Part shown: in pieces, positions 1 to 8,723 of the stretch
Position numbering within the stretch: the stretch's first letter is position 1
How the letters are laid out: the number at the start of each line of letters is the position of its first letter
From: Bacteroidales bacterium
Lineage (GTDB): Bacteria; Bacteroidota; Bacteroidia; Bacteroidales; VadinHA17
Assembly: GCA_016936435.1 (NCBI GenBank)
Contig: JAFGXX010000008.1
Location: forward strand, 4,052-68,051
DNA: 64,000 bases
Direction of reading: 5' to 3'
Notes under the pieces: generated by a model
Seen by the model: only the letters and a program-made list of their open reading frames with translations
Told to the model about the DNA's origin: nothing
The model's database searches: none
Translations under genes and position numbers: made by a program

Positions 1-1596
1 GTTGAAAGGCTGCTGGTGCATGACGAGGAGCAGCTGCTGGTAAGATATACTGTACTGGAAGCTGCCGAGGAGATGAAGATTCAGCTCAAGCCTTTCCTGG
101 CATTCCGGAGCATCCATGAGCTCACTCATGCCAATATGGCTGCGAATACGAAGATTGAACCTGTGAAGAACGGCATAAAAATGAAGCTTTATGAAGGTTT
201 TCCTTACCTCAATATGCAATTTTCTTCCAGGCCGGAGTTTGTCCATGTTCCCGACTGGTATCTTGGCGTTGAGTACATCGAGGAGCAGAAGCGGGGTTAT
301 GACTATTCGGAAGACCTCTTTTGTCCGGGCTTCTTCGAATTCAGGGCAAAAAAAGGTGATACGATCGTCTTCTCAGCATCGACAAAGGAAGAGAACCCCA
401 ACGGCTTCAAGACAAAATTTTCGAAGACGGTATCACGGAAAATTCCCAGGGACAGCTTTGTACACTGCCTCAGAAATGCCGCACAGCAGTTTGTGGAAAG
501 AAGGGGAGAAGATACTCTTATAATAGCAGGTTATCCCTGGTTTGGTTCATGGGGAAGGGATACCTTCATCTCCCTGCCGGGAATAGCCCTGGCAAGGCAT
601 AAGCTGGATCTTTACAGGGCAGTTCTGGATACCCAGGTGAGAAGGATGAAAGACGGGTTGTTTCCCAACATGGGAACCAAAGGTCATTATGCTTTCAACT
701 CGGTCGATGCCCCCCTCTGGTTCTTCTGGGCCCTCCAGCAATATGTTCTTAACGGTGGGACAGACTGCTGTGAACGTTATGGTGATGCAGCAAAATCGGT
801 CCTCTCGGCTTACCGGAACGGTACCGATTACAACATCCTGATGACCGAAAACGGTCTCATTTATGCAGGAGCCCCGGGGAAAGCTCTTACCTGGATGGAT
901 GCTGTTGTAAACGGAGTACCTGTGACTCAGAGGAGCGGTTATGCGGTGGAAATAAACGCCCTCTGGTACAATGCCGTCAGTTTTGTTCTTGATTTGGCAA
1001 AATCGGGAAAAGACAGGAAATTTGTAAAAGAATATGCGCATCTTCCGGAACTTATAAAAAATTCCTTCATTGAAATGTTCTGGGATGAAAAGACAGGTTA
1101 CCTGGCCGACTATGTCAATGAGGAGGAGGGTAAGAATTTCTTCAAAAGGCCGAATATGCTTATTGCCGTTTCTCTTCCGTATTCCATGCTCGACAAGGAG
1201 CAGATGAAAAAGGTACTTGATGTTGCCGATAAGGAGCTTCTTACTCCCAGGGGGATCAGGACTCTCTCTCCCGGAAATAAGTTCTACAAGGGCACTTATT
1301 GCGGTAATCAGGAGACACGCGATAATGCATACCATCAGGGTACGGTGTGGCCATGGCTTCTCGGACCCTTCTGCGAGGGATGGCTCAAAGTATATGGAAA
1401 ACAGGGAGCGCAGAAAATTAAAAATATCATTTACGGACTCGAAGAGTGTATGAGTGAACACGGGATCTCCACGCTTTCGGAAATCCATGACGGCGATCCC
1501 CCTCACAATCCCAGGGGCGCTGTTTCGCAGGCCTGGAGTGTTGGTGAGGTGCTGAGGATCATAGATCTGCTTGAAAGAGAATATTCTAACAACTAA
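1..1596 (+). CDS. Glycogen debranching enzyme, amylo-alpha-1,6-glucosidase type (GDE_C / GH133-like); 5' end lies outside the window
   Basis: The frame is open from nt 1; the ORF track starts at GTG 16. GYPWFGSWGRDTFISLPG and DGDPPHNPRGAVSQAWSV are typical of the bacterial/archaeal GDE C-terminal domain. Confidence 0.85.
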   Translation, partial: VERLLVHDEEQLLVRYTVLEAAEEMKIQLKPFLAFRSIHELTHANMAANTKIEPVKNGIKMKLYEGFPYLNMQFSSRPEFVHVPDWYLGVEYIEEQKRGYDYSEDLFCPGFFEFRAKKGDTIVFSASTKEENPNGFKTKFSKTVSRKIPRDSFVHCLRNAAQQFVERRGEDTLIIAGYPWFGSWGRDTFISLPGIALARHKLDLYRAVLDTQVRRMKDGLFPNMGTKGHYAFNSVDAPLWFFWALQQYVLNGGTDCCERYGDAAKSVLSAYRNGTDYNILMTENGLIYAGAPGKALTWMDAVVNGVPVTQRSGYAVEINALWYNAVSFVLDLAKSGKDRKFVKEYAHLPELIKNSFIEMFWDEKTGYLADYVNEEEGKNFFKRPNMLIAVSLPYSMLDKEQMKKVLDVADKELLTPRGIRTLSPGNKFYKGTYCGNQETRDNAYHQGTVWPWLLGPFCEGWLKVYGKQGAQKIKNIIYGLEECMSEHGISTLSEIHDGDPPHNPRGAVSQAWSVGEVLRIIDLLEREYSNN

Positions 1597-1608
1597 AACA
1601 GGCACATT

Positions 1609-2901
1609 ATGCGTGTGTTAATGTTCGGGTGGGAGTTTCCTCCTCATATATCGGGAGGACTGGGGACGGCCAGCTATGGTCTTACAAAGGGTATGGCTTC
1701 GCTGGGAGACCTCGAAGTGATCTTTGTTGTGCCAAAAGCCTGGGGAGACGAAGACCAGAGCATAGTACGCCTCATCGGCGCCAACAAAGTTCCTGTTGCC
1801 TTCAAAAAGATCTACTACAAGGGAGTAAGACAAGCTGTTGAAAAAATTGAAGTTTCCTCGAAAATAGTGCCTTATACCGAGCCGGAGGATTTCTGGAAAA
1901 TTACCCGTTCGGAGATCTCCGGCCACCGTATGATAATAGAGACAAACAACAAGGGCATGGTTGATTTCTCCGGAAGATACGAAGGAAACCTTCTCGATGA
2001 GATATATAAATATTCCGTGGTAGCCTCGGTCATTGCCGAAGAAAATGATTTCGATATTATCCACGCTCACGACTGGCTTGCTTATCCGGCAGGAATAGCT
2101 GCTATGGAAGTCTCGGGAAAACCGCTGGTGATACACGTGCACGCAACCGACTTCGACAGGAGCGGAGGGAGTGTAAACCCCGACGTGTACCGTATTGAAA
2201 AGAACGGAATGGATGCTGCCTCGAAAATTATCACGGTAAGTAATCTTACACGCGACATTGTCATCCATAAGTATAATATAGATCCTTGTAAAGTTGAAAC
2301 AGTTTACAATGCTGTTGAACCTGTCAGAATAGATGACGATGTTGTGGTTAAAAAGGGTTTTGATGAGAAAGTTGTGACATTTCTCGGCAGGATAACCCTT
2401 CAGAAAGGACCTGAATACTTCATCGAAGCGGCTTACAAGGTCCTTAAAGCAATGGATAATGTCAGATTTGTAATGGCAGGATCGGGCGATATGATGGAAA
2501 GGATGATCCGGCGGGCAGCGTCTCTTAATATAGTCGACAGGTTCCATTTTACTGGTTTCCTGAAAGGTAAAGACGTGTTTACTATGCTGGCAATGAGCGA
2601 TGTGTATATAATGCCTTCTGTCTCAGAGCCTTTTGGAATATCGCCTCTCGAAGCCATGCAATCCAGCGTGCCTGTCATCATAAGCAAGCAATCGGGAGTA
2701 GCCGAAATACTTACACATGCTGTAAAAACCGATTTCTGGGATATTGACGCCATGGCCGATGCAATATACGGGATACTGAATTACCCGGCCCTCGCAAGCA
2801 TGTTCATAAAGAACGGCAAGGAGGAGGTCATCAGGCTCAAGTGGGATAATTCAGCAAGACATGTTAAAGATATATACGAAAGAATCATTTGGCATAAATA
2901 A
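1609..2901 (+). CDS. GT4-family (GT-B, retaining) glycosyltransferase associated with the glucan locus
   Basis: 430 aa. N-terminal FPPHISGGLG, HAHDW, and an E-x7-E motif (EPFGISPLE). Sits between the debranching enzyme and GH57, an arrangement I recall from Bacteroides. Confidence 0.8.
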   Translation: MRVLMFGWEFPPHISGGLGTASYGLTKGMASLGDLEVIFVVPKAWGDEDQSIVRLIGANKVPVAFKKIYYKGVRQAVEKIEVSSKIVPYTEPEDFWKITRSEISGHRMIIETNNKGMVDFSGRYEGNLLDEIYKYSVVASVIAEENDFDIIHAHDWLAYPAGIAAMEVSGKPLVIHVHATDFDRSGGSVNPDVYRIEKNGMDAASKIITVSNLTRDIVIHKYNIDPCKVETVYNAVEPVRIDDDVVVKKGFDEKVVTFLGRITLQKGPEYFIEAAYKVLKAMDNVRFVMAGSGDMMERMIRRAASLNIVDRFHFTGFLKGKDVFTMLAMSDVYIMPSVSEPFGISPLEAMQSSVPVIISKQSGVAEILTHAVKTDFWDIDAMADAIYGILNYPALASMFIKNGKEEVIRLKWDNSARHVKDIYERIIWHK

Positions 2902-2910
2902 GAATAAGAC

Positions 2911-4464
2911 ATGAGTGAAGCAGCCAGAAAAGCAATTTGCTTTTATTTTCAGGTTCACCAGCCTTTCAGGCTTAAGCGTTACAGATTTTTCGATCTGGGG
3001 CATGATCATTACTATTATGATGATTATCTCAATGAATCGATCTTGCAAAAGGTAGCCGACAAATGTTATCTTCCTGCCAACGCTGTCCTTCTCGATCTTA
3101 TCAGGAAGCATAAGGGGAAATTCAAGGTCGCTTTTTCCCTTTCCGGGATAGTGATAAACCAGTTCAGGCTCTATGCACCCGAGGTTCTCGATTCTTTCAG
3201 GGCCCTTGCCGAAACAGGAATGGTCGAATTTCTTGCAGAGACAAATTCCCACTCACTTTCCTCGTTAAAGAACAGGGCACAGTTTGAGCATCAGGTTGAA
3301 ATGCACCGCAGGATGCTTAAAGACTTCCTGGGCGTTGAACCTGTTTCTTTCAGAAATACCGAACTCATTTATTCGGATGAAATAGGATCATGGGTAGCCG
3401 ATATGGGTTTCAAATCGATGCTTACCGAAGGAGCCAAGCATGTACTTGGCTGGAAAAGTCCCAATTTCCTGTATTGTAATTCGGTTAACCCAAGGCTTAA
3501 AGTGCTGCTCAGGAATTTCGTTCTGAGCGACGATATAGCATTCAGGTTTTCTAACAAGGGATGGAGTGCCTGGCCTCTGACAGCAGATAAATATGCTACA
3601 TGGCTGTCGAAAATTGCCCCCAGGAGCGAGCTTGTAAATATCTTCATCGACTATGAGACTTTTGGTGAGCACAACTGGAAAGAGACAGGTATCTTCGACT
3701 TTCTGAAACACCTGCCTTCAGCGATCATGAAGAAGACACCTTATAAGTTCATGACTCCCGCGGAGGTGGCTGAAGAATTACAGCCGGTATCGGCTATCAG
3801 TATCCCTTCTCCCGTATCATGGGCTGACGAAGAGAGAGATATCACAGCCTGGCTGGGAAACGAACTGCAGTATGCTGCCTTTGATAAACTATACGAACTT
3901 TCGGAACAGGTCAGAAAATGTGACGATGAACTTATCCTGAAGGACTGGGAATATCTGCAGTCGAGCGACCATTTTTACTATATGGCCACAAAATTCTTCT
4001 CCGACGGCGCGGTACACGCATACTTTAATCCCTATGATACTCCTTACGATGCTTTCATGAACTATATGAACGTTCTGAGCGATTTTGAGATCAGATTGAA
4101 AAAATGCTCTCCCACCACCGACGAACAGGTTCAGATCGCAAAACTTGAAGCAGTGATCATGGCCAAAGATGAGATAATTGCCAGTAAAGAAGCTGAAATA
4201 GAGGGTCTTGTTAACAAAAAAAGAGCTGCATCAAAGCGGGGACGTCCCGCAGCCGTAAAAAAGTCTCAGCCATCACTTAAAGAACTTGCTGTAAAGCTTG
4301 CTGTTTCGAGCCTCGCTAAACCGGAAGCTGCAAAAAGGAAATCAGCTGCCAAGACAGCTGTAAAAAAAGCTTCAAAACCGGCCTCCGGGGCTAATGCAAA
4401 GAGCACTGCCACCAGGAACAGGAAGACGGTGACTGTTAAAAAACCGTCAGCAAAGAAAAAATAG
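2911..4464 (+). CDS. GH57-family alpha-glucan-active enzyme (alpha-amylase / glucanotransferase-like) with a coiled-coil and a Lys/Ala-rich C-terminal tail
   Basis: 517 aa. FYFQVHQPFRLKRY N-terminus and IDYETFGEHNW (GH57 nucleophile region). The last ~83 aa are low-complexity K/A/P/S. Confidence 0.8.
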   Translation: MSEAARKAICFYFQVHQPFRLKRYRFFDLGHDHYYYDDYLNESILQKVADKCYLPANAVLLDLIRKHKGKFKVAFSLSGIVINQFRLYAPEVLDSFRALAETGMVEFLAETNSHSLSSLKNRAQFEHQVEMHRRMLKDFLGVEPVSFRNTELIYSDEIGSWVADMGFKSMLTEGAKHVLGWKSPNFLYCNSVNPRLKVLLRNFVLSDDIAFRFSNKGWSAWPLTADKYATWLSKIAPRSELVNIFIDYETFGEHNWKETGIFDFLKHLPSAIMKKTPYKFMTPAEVAEELQPVSAISIPSPVSWADEERDITAWLGNELQYAAFDKLYELSEQVRKCDDELILKDWEYLQSSDHFYYMATKFFSDGAVHAYFNPYDTPYDAFMNYMNVLSDFEIRLKKCSPTTDEQVQIAKLEAVIMAKDEIIASKEAEIEGLVNKKRAASKRGRPAAVKKSQPSLKELAVKLAVSSLAKPEAAKRKSAAKTAVKKASKPASGANAKSTATRNRKTVTVKKPSAKKK

Positions 4465-4499
4465 CTTATTCAATTGTTTTAAATATTTAATATCTGCAG

Positions 4500-7400
4500 A
4501 TGAAGGTTGAATTTATTTTTGAAACCAGCTGGGAAGTTTGTAACAAGGTTGGAGGAATACATACAGTTATTTCAACAAAGGCTCTCAATATTATTGAAGA
4601 GGTAGGCGACAATTATATCCTGATAGGTCCGGATGTATGGAGAGAAGATATCACAAACCCGGAATTTATACCCGATGTGTCGCTCTTCGCAGAATGGAAG
4701 ACAATAGCAGAGTCGGAGGGGATAAGGGTAAAGACAGGCCGGTGGAATATAGCCGGCAGACCAATTGTGATGCTCATTGACTTCACTCCGTATTTTGGAC
4801 AGCAAAATGAAATATTTGCAAAATTCTGGGAGACTTATAAACTAGACAGTATTTCAGGACAATGGGACTATGTCGAGCCTGCCCTTTTCGGTTACGCCGC
4901 CGGCAAACTTATCGAAAGCTTTACATCCTTCTACCACGAATATCATAATATCATAGCTCAGTTTCACGAGTGGATGACAGGTACAGGGGTATTATACCTC
5001 GAGAAACATGCTCCCTGGATAGCTACTTCCTTTACAACTCATGCCACTGTCCTCGGCCGCTGCGTTGCAGGCAACAACAGGCCATTGTACGGTAAGATGA
5101 AAGAATTTGCACCACAGCAGGTGGCACGTGAGTTCAACGTGGTTGCCAAACAATCTCTTGAAAAGTTAACAGCATCGGTGGCTGATGTATTCACCACGGT
5201 AAGTGGCATAACTTCAAAAGAATGCAGTCATTTTCTCGCAAAAGATGTCGATATCGTCACCCCAAATGGTTTTGAAGATTCATTTGTGCCTCCGCAGGAG
5301 AAATTTGAACAGAAGAGAACAGAAGCAAGAGATAAGCTGATTGCCGTGGCTGAAGCTATCCTGGGCTATGAACTCTCCCGTGACAGTGTCCTTATTGCCC
5401 ACAGCGGGAGATATGAATTCAGAAATAAGGGCGTCGACATCTTCATCGATTCTCTGGGAGAACTAAGCAAATCAGAAAGGCAGGGAAAAGAGATAGTGGC
5501 CTTTATTCTCATGCCTGCATATCACAAAGGACCACGCGAAGATCTGGCAGGGATCCTTTACAATAACGGCCAGGTGAACGGAGGAGACAGATACCTTACT
5601 CATTGTCTGCATTATCCGTCTTCCGATCCTGTTCTCAACAGGATTCGTGACAATCAGCTTCTGAATGAAAAGGGATCTAAGGTAAAGATCATTTTTGCTC
5701 CTTCATACCTCAACGGTAATGACGGTATATTCAACATGCCGTACTATGACCTTCTGATCGGGTTCGACCTGTCGGTATTTCCTTCATATTATGAACCCTG
5801 GGGATATACCCCACTGGAAAGCCTTATGTTTTCTATACCCACCGTTACCACATCACTTTCAGGTTTCGGCCTTTGGGTGAGAGATTATTTCAAAGATCCG
5901 GGCAACGGGATAGCTGTTGTGGAGCGTAGCGATGACAATGAAAAGGAAGTTGTAGATAATATAAGGCAGTTCATTGAAAAATTTGTCGGGCTGGATGAGG
6001 ATGAGGTGAAGGAAGCCAGGGCCAGGGCACATGAAATTTCACGCATAGCCATGTGGGATACACTTGTGCAGCATTATTTCACAGCCTACCAGATGGCTCT
6101 CAGTAAAAGCGGAGTCAGAAGAGAAGAACCGCGTGAATTTGCCGGATTTATTGAGGCAGCAGGTATACCTGTCAGGAAACCCCACCAGGTTCCCGTATGG
6201 AAGGATATTTATGTTCAAAGCGATGTTCCCGACAAACTGGCTGCACTCAAGGAGCTGGCAAACAACCTGTGGTGGTCCTGGAACGGAGAAGCGGAATCAC
6301 TGTTTCGCAGAATGGACCCTTCACTCTGGGAAGAGGTTAAACATAATCCAAAAATGCTGATCGAGAAAATCGATTATAAAAGACTTCTCGTACTTGAGGA
6401 TGACATTGATTTTATAGAAGACCTCGAAAAAGTTACAGGGTCGTTCAGGGAATACCTCAACAGACCCGACGACCCTGAGAAACCGACCATTGCCTATTTC
6501 AGTATGGAGTTCGGGATACATCCGTGCCTGAAGATCTATTCGGGAGGACTGGGTATCCTTGCCGGCGATTATCTCAAGGAAGCCAGCGACTCAAATATCC
6601 ATATCATTGGTATAGGGCTTCTTTACAGGTTTGGATATTTCAAACAGAAGCTGGGTCCCAAAGGTGAACAGCTTGCTATTTATGAAGCTGAAGAATTTTC
6701 GCGGCTGCCGATACTTCCCGTTAAGGATAACGAAGGGAACCAATTGTCAGTCAACCTCGTGTGGCCCGGAAGAACAGTCAGGGTGCGTGTATGGGAAGCC
6801 ATGGTGGGCAAGGTGAAGCTCATCCTTCTGGACACAGACCTCGACGATAATACCCCTGAAGACCGTACGATAACCCATTACCTGTATGGCGGCGACAATG
6901 AGAACAGGCTCAGGCAGGAGCTTATTCTGGGTATAGGAGGTATAAGAGCGCTTACAGCCATGGGTATCAAGCCGGATGTGTTTCACAGCAATGAAGGGCA
7001 TTCAGCCTTCATCAGCCTTGAAAGACTCCGTATGATGATAAGCGAACATCATCTGACATTCAACCAGGCTCTTGAATCGGTGAGGGCTTCCACCCTTTTT
7101 ACAACCCACACGCCTGTTCCTGCCGGACATGATGCCTTCGAAGAGGATCTGCTGAGAAAATATATATCACATTATCACAGCCGGCTTAATATTTCATGGG
7201 ACGAACTTATGGCTCTCGGCCGCTGTGAGAACGAAATGGACAGGAAGTTCAACATGAGCTATCTTGCAACCCGCATGTCGCAGGAGGTTAACGGTGTCAG
7301 CAAGCTGCACGGCGAGGTAAGCCAGGGTATGTTCAACAAGCTGTGGCCGGGGTATCTGAGAGAGGAATTGTTCATCGATTACGTTACCAACGGAGTTCAT

Positions 7401-8723
7401 CTTCCAACATGGCTGGCACAGGAATGGAAGGATGTTTACAGGGAACTTACCGGCGACGAACATTTCGACCAGACCGACAGGGCCCTGTGGGAAAAGATAT
7501 ACAGTGTCGATGACAGAAGGATATATGAAATCAAAAAGGGACTTAAGAAGAAGCTTTTTGAAAATATCAGAAAAAGGCTTCAGACCGATATGATGGAAAG
7601 GCATGTGAGTCCGAGGACTCTATTGAATATCAGCAGTCATCTCGACGAAAATGCCCTTACGATAGGTTTTGCGAGACGTTTTGCCACTTATAAGCGAGCT
7701 TCGCTCATCTTCCGTGATCTCGATCGTCTTGCGCGCATTGTAAACAACCCCGAGAGGCCTGTACAGTTCATTTTTGCCGGCAAGGCCCATCCTCACGACG
7801 GAGGTGGTCATGATCTGATCAAGAGGGTTTTTGAGGTGTCACAGATGCCCCAGTTTGCAGGTAAGGTGATCTTCCTGGAAAATTATGACATAGAGCTTGC
7901 CAAATATCTTGTCAGGGGTGTCGATATATGGCTTAACACACCTACAAGGCCTATGGAAGCTTCAGGTACCAGTGGCGAAAAAGGCGTGATGAACGGGACA
8001 ATCCACTTCAGCGTTCTCGACGGATGGTGGGTGGAAGGCTACCGTGCCTATGCAGGCTGGGCTCTCCCCAAGAAACGCACATTCTACAACCAGGATCTTC
8101 AGGATGATGTCGATGCAGAGACAATTTATAATATGATGGAATATGAGATAATTCCTGCATACTATTCTTTCAACGACAAGGAAGTACCTGTTGAGTGGAT
8201 CAGCCTTATTAAGAATACCATGACCAAAATTGCGCCGGAATTCACCATGAAACGGCAACTCGACGACTATTATGAAAAATTTTACCGGAAACTACACGCG
8301 CGGCATAAATATCTGACAGCGAATAATTTTGAAAAAGCAAAGGAACTGGCCGGATGGAAGCAGAGCATGAGGGAAGAATGGGATAACATCGAAGTTGTTA
8401 ACTACAGCTTTGAGAAACCCGATGAGAACATATATCATTCAGGTCACGATTACAGGGCTGAAGTGGCTCTCAACATCAAGAACATTCCAAAGGAGAATGT
8501 AGGAGTTGAATTCATCATAACCTCTCTGAACAAGAATGGAGAGCATGAGTTTGTAGCCGGCAAGGAGTTTGCGATTGTGAGTTGCAAAAACGGCAAATGC
8601 CATTACCGGGCTCACCTTGTTCCGGAAAAAGCAGGCACCTTCTTTTACGGAATAAGGATATACCCGAAACATAAGGATCTGCCGCATAAGCAGGATTTCT
8701 ATCTTCTCAGATGGATAGATTAA
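4500..8723 (+). CDS. Fusion protein: eukaryote-type glycogen synthase (GT3) N-terminal half plus alpha-glucan phosphorylase (GT35, GlgP/MalP-related) C-terminal half
   Basis: Single 1407-aa ORF. N-terminus FETSWEVCNKVGGIHTV and E-x7-E EPWGYTPLE (nt 5793-5819) indicate GT3. NLWWSWN, then EASGTSGEKGVMNG with the PLP-lysine position conserved (codon 7980-7982), indicate GT35. Confidence 0.85.
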   Translation: MKVEFIFETSWEVCNKVGGIHTVISTKALNIIEEVGDNYILIGPDVWREDITNPEFIPDVSLFAEWKTIAESEGIRVKTGRWNIAGRPIVMLIDFTPYFGQQNEIFAKFWETYKLDSISGQWDYVEPALFGYAAGKLIESFTSFYHEYHNIIAQFHEWMTGTGVLYLEKHAPWIATSFTTHATVLGRCVAGNNRPLYGKMKEFAPQQVAREFNVVAKQSLEKLTASVADVFTTVSGITSKECSHFLAKDVDIVTPNGFEDSFVPPQEKFEQKRTEARDKLIAVAEAILGYELSRDSVLIAHSGRYEFRNKGVDIFIDSLGELSKSERQGKEIVAFILMPAYHKGPREDLAGILYNNGQVNGGDRYLTHCLHYPSSDPVLNRIRDNQLLNEKGSKVKIIFAPSYLNGNDGIFNMPYYDLLIGFDLSVFPSYYEPWGYTPLESLMFSIPTVTTSLSGFGLWVRDYFKDPGNGIAVVERSDDNEKEVVDNIRQFIEKFVGLDEDEVKEARARAHEISRIAMWDTLVQHYFTAYQMALSKSGVRREEPREFAGFIEAAGIPVRKPHQVPVWKDIYVQSDVPDKLAALKELANNLWWSWNGEAESLFRRMDPSLWEEVKHNPKMLIEKIDYKRLLVLEDDIDFIEDLEKVTGSFREYLNRPDDPEKPTIAYFSMEFGIHPCLKIYSGGLGILAGDYLKEASDSNIHIIGIGLLYRFGYFKQKLGPKGEQLAIYEAEEFSRLPILPVKDNEGNQLSVNLVWPGRTVRVRVWEAMVGKVKLILLDTDLDDNTPEDRTITHYLYGGDNENRLRQELILGIGGIRALTAMGIKPDVFHSNEGHSAFISLERLRMMISEHHLTFNQALESVRASTLFTTHTPVPAGHDAFEEDLLRKYISHYHSRLNISWDELMALGRCENEMDRKFNMSYLATRMSQEVNGVSKLHGEVSQGMFNKLWPGYLREELFIDYVTNGVHLPTWLAQEWKDVYRELTGDEHFDQTDRALWEKIYSVDDRRIYEIKKGLKKKLFENIRKRLQTDMMERHVSPRTLLNISSHLDENALTIGFARRFATYKRASLIFRDLDRLARIVNNPERPVQFIFAGKAHPHDGGGHDLIKRVFEVSQMPQFAGKVIFLENYDIELAKYLVRGVDIWLNTPTRPMEASGTSGEKGVMNGTIHFSVLDGWWVEGYRAYAGWALPKKRTFYNQDLQDDVDAETIYNMMEYEIIPAYYSFNDKEVPVEWISLIKNTMTKIAPEFTMKRQLDDYYEKFYRKLHARHKYLTANNFEKAKELAGWKQSMREEWDNIEVVNYSFEKPDENIYHSGHDYRAEVALNIKNIPKENVGVEFIITSLNKNGEHEFVAGKEFAIVSCKNGKCHYRAHLVPEKAGTFFYGIRIYPKHKDLPHKQDFYLLRWID

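Noticed and set aside
547-1605. Very long antisense ORFs inside recognised genes. Examples: 547-1605 (352 aa), 1618-2547 (309 aa), 45271-46023 (250 aa), 29914-30648 (244 aa), 58726-59433 (235 aa), 50538-51194 (218 aa), 59741-60373 (210 aa), 28215-28802 (195 aa).
   Set aside because: For the three I checked (547-1605, 1618-2547, 45271-46023), the ORF lies in the codon-aligned antisense frame of a well-supported gene. Stops in that frame require sense codons TTA, CTA or TCA, which this genome appears to use rarely. The translations are low-complexity and Cys/Phe/Arg-rich, with no recognisable motifs. These are shadow ORFs caused by codon usage, not overlapping genes.
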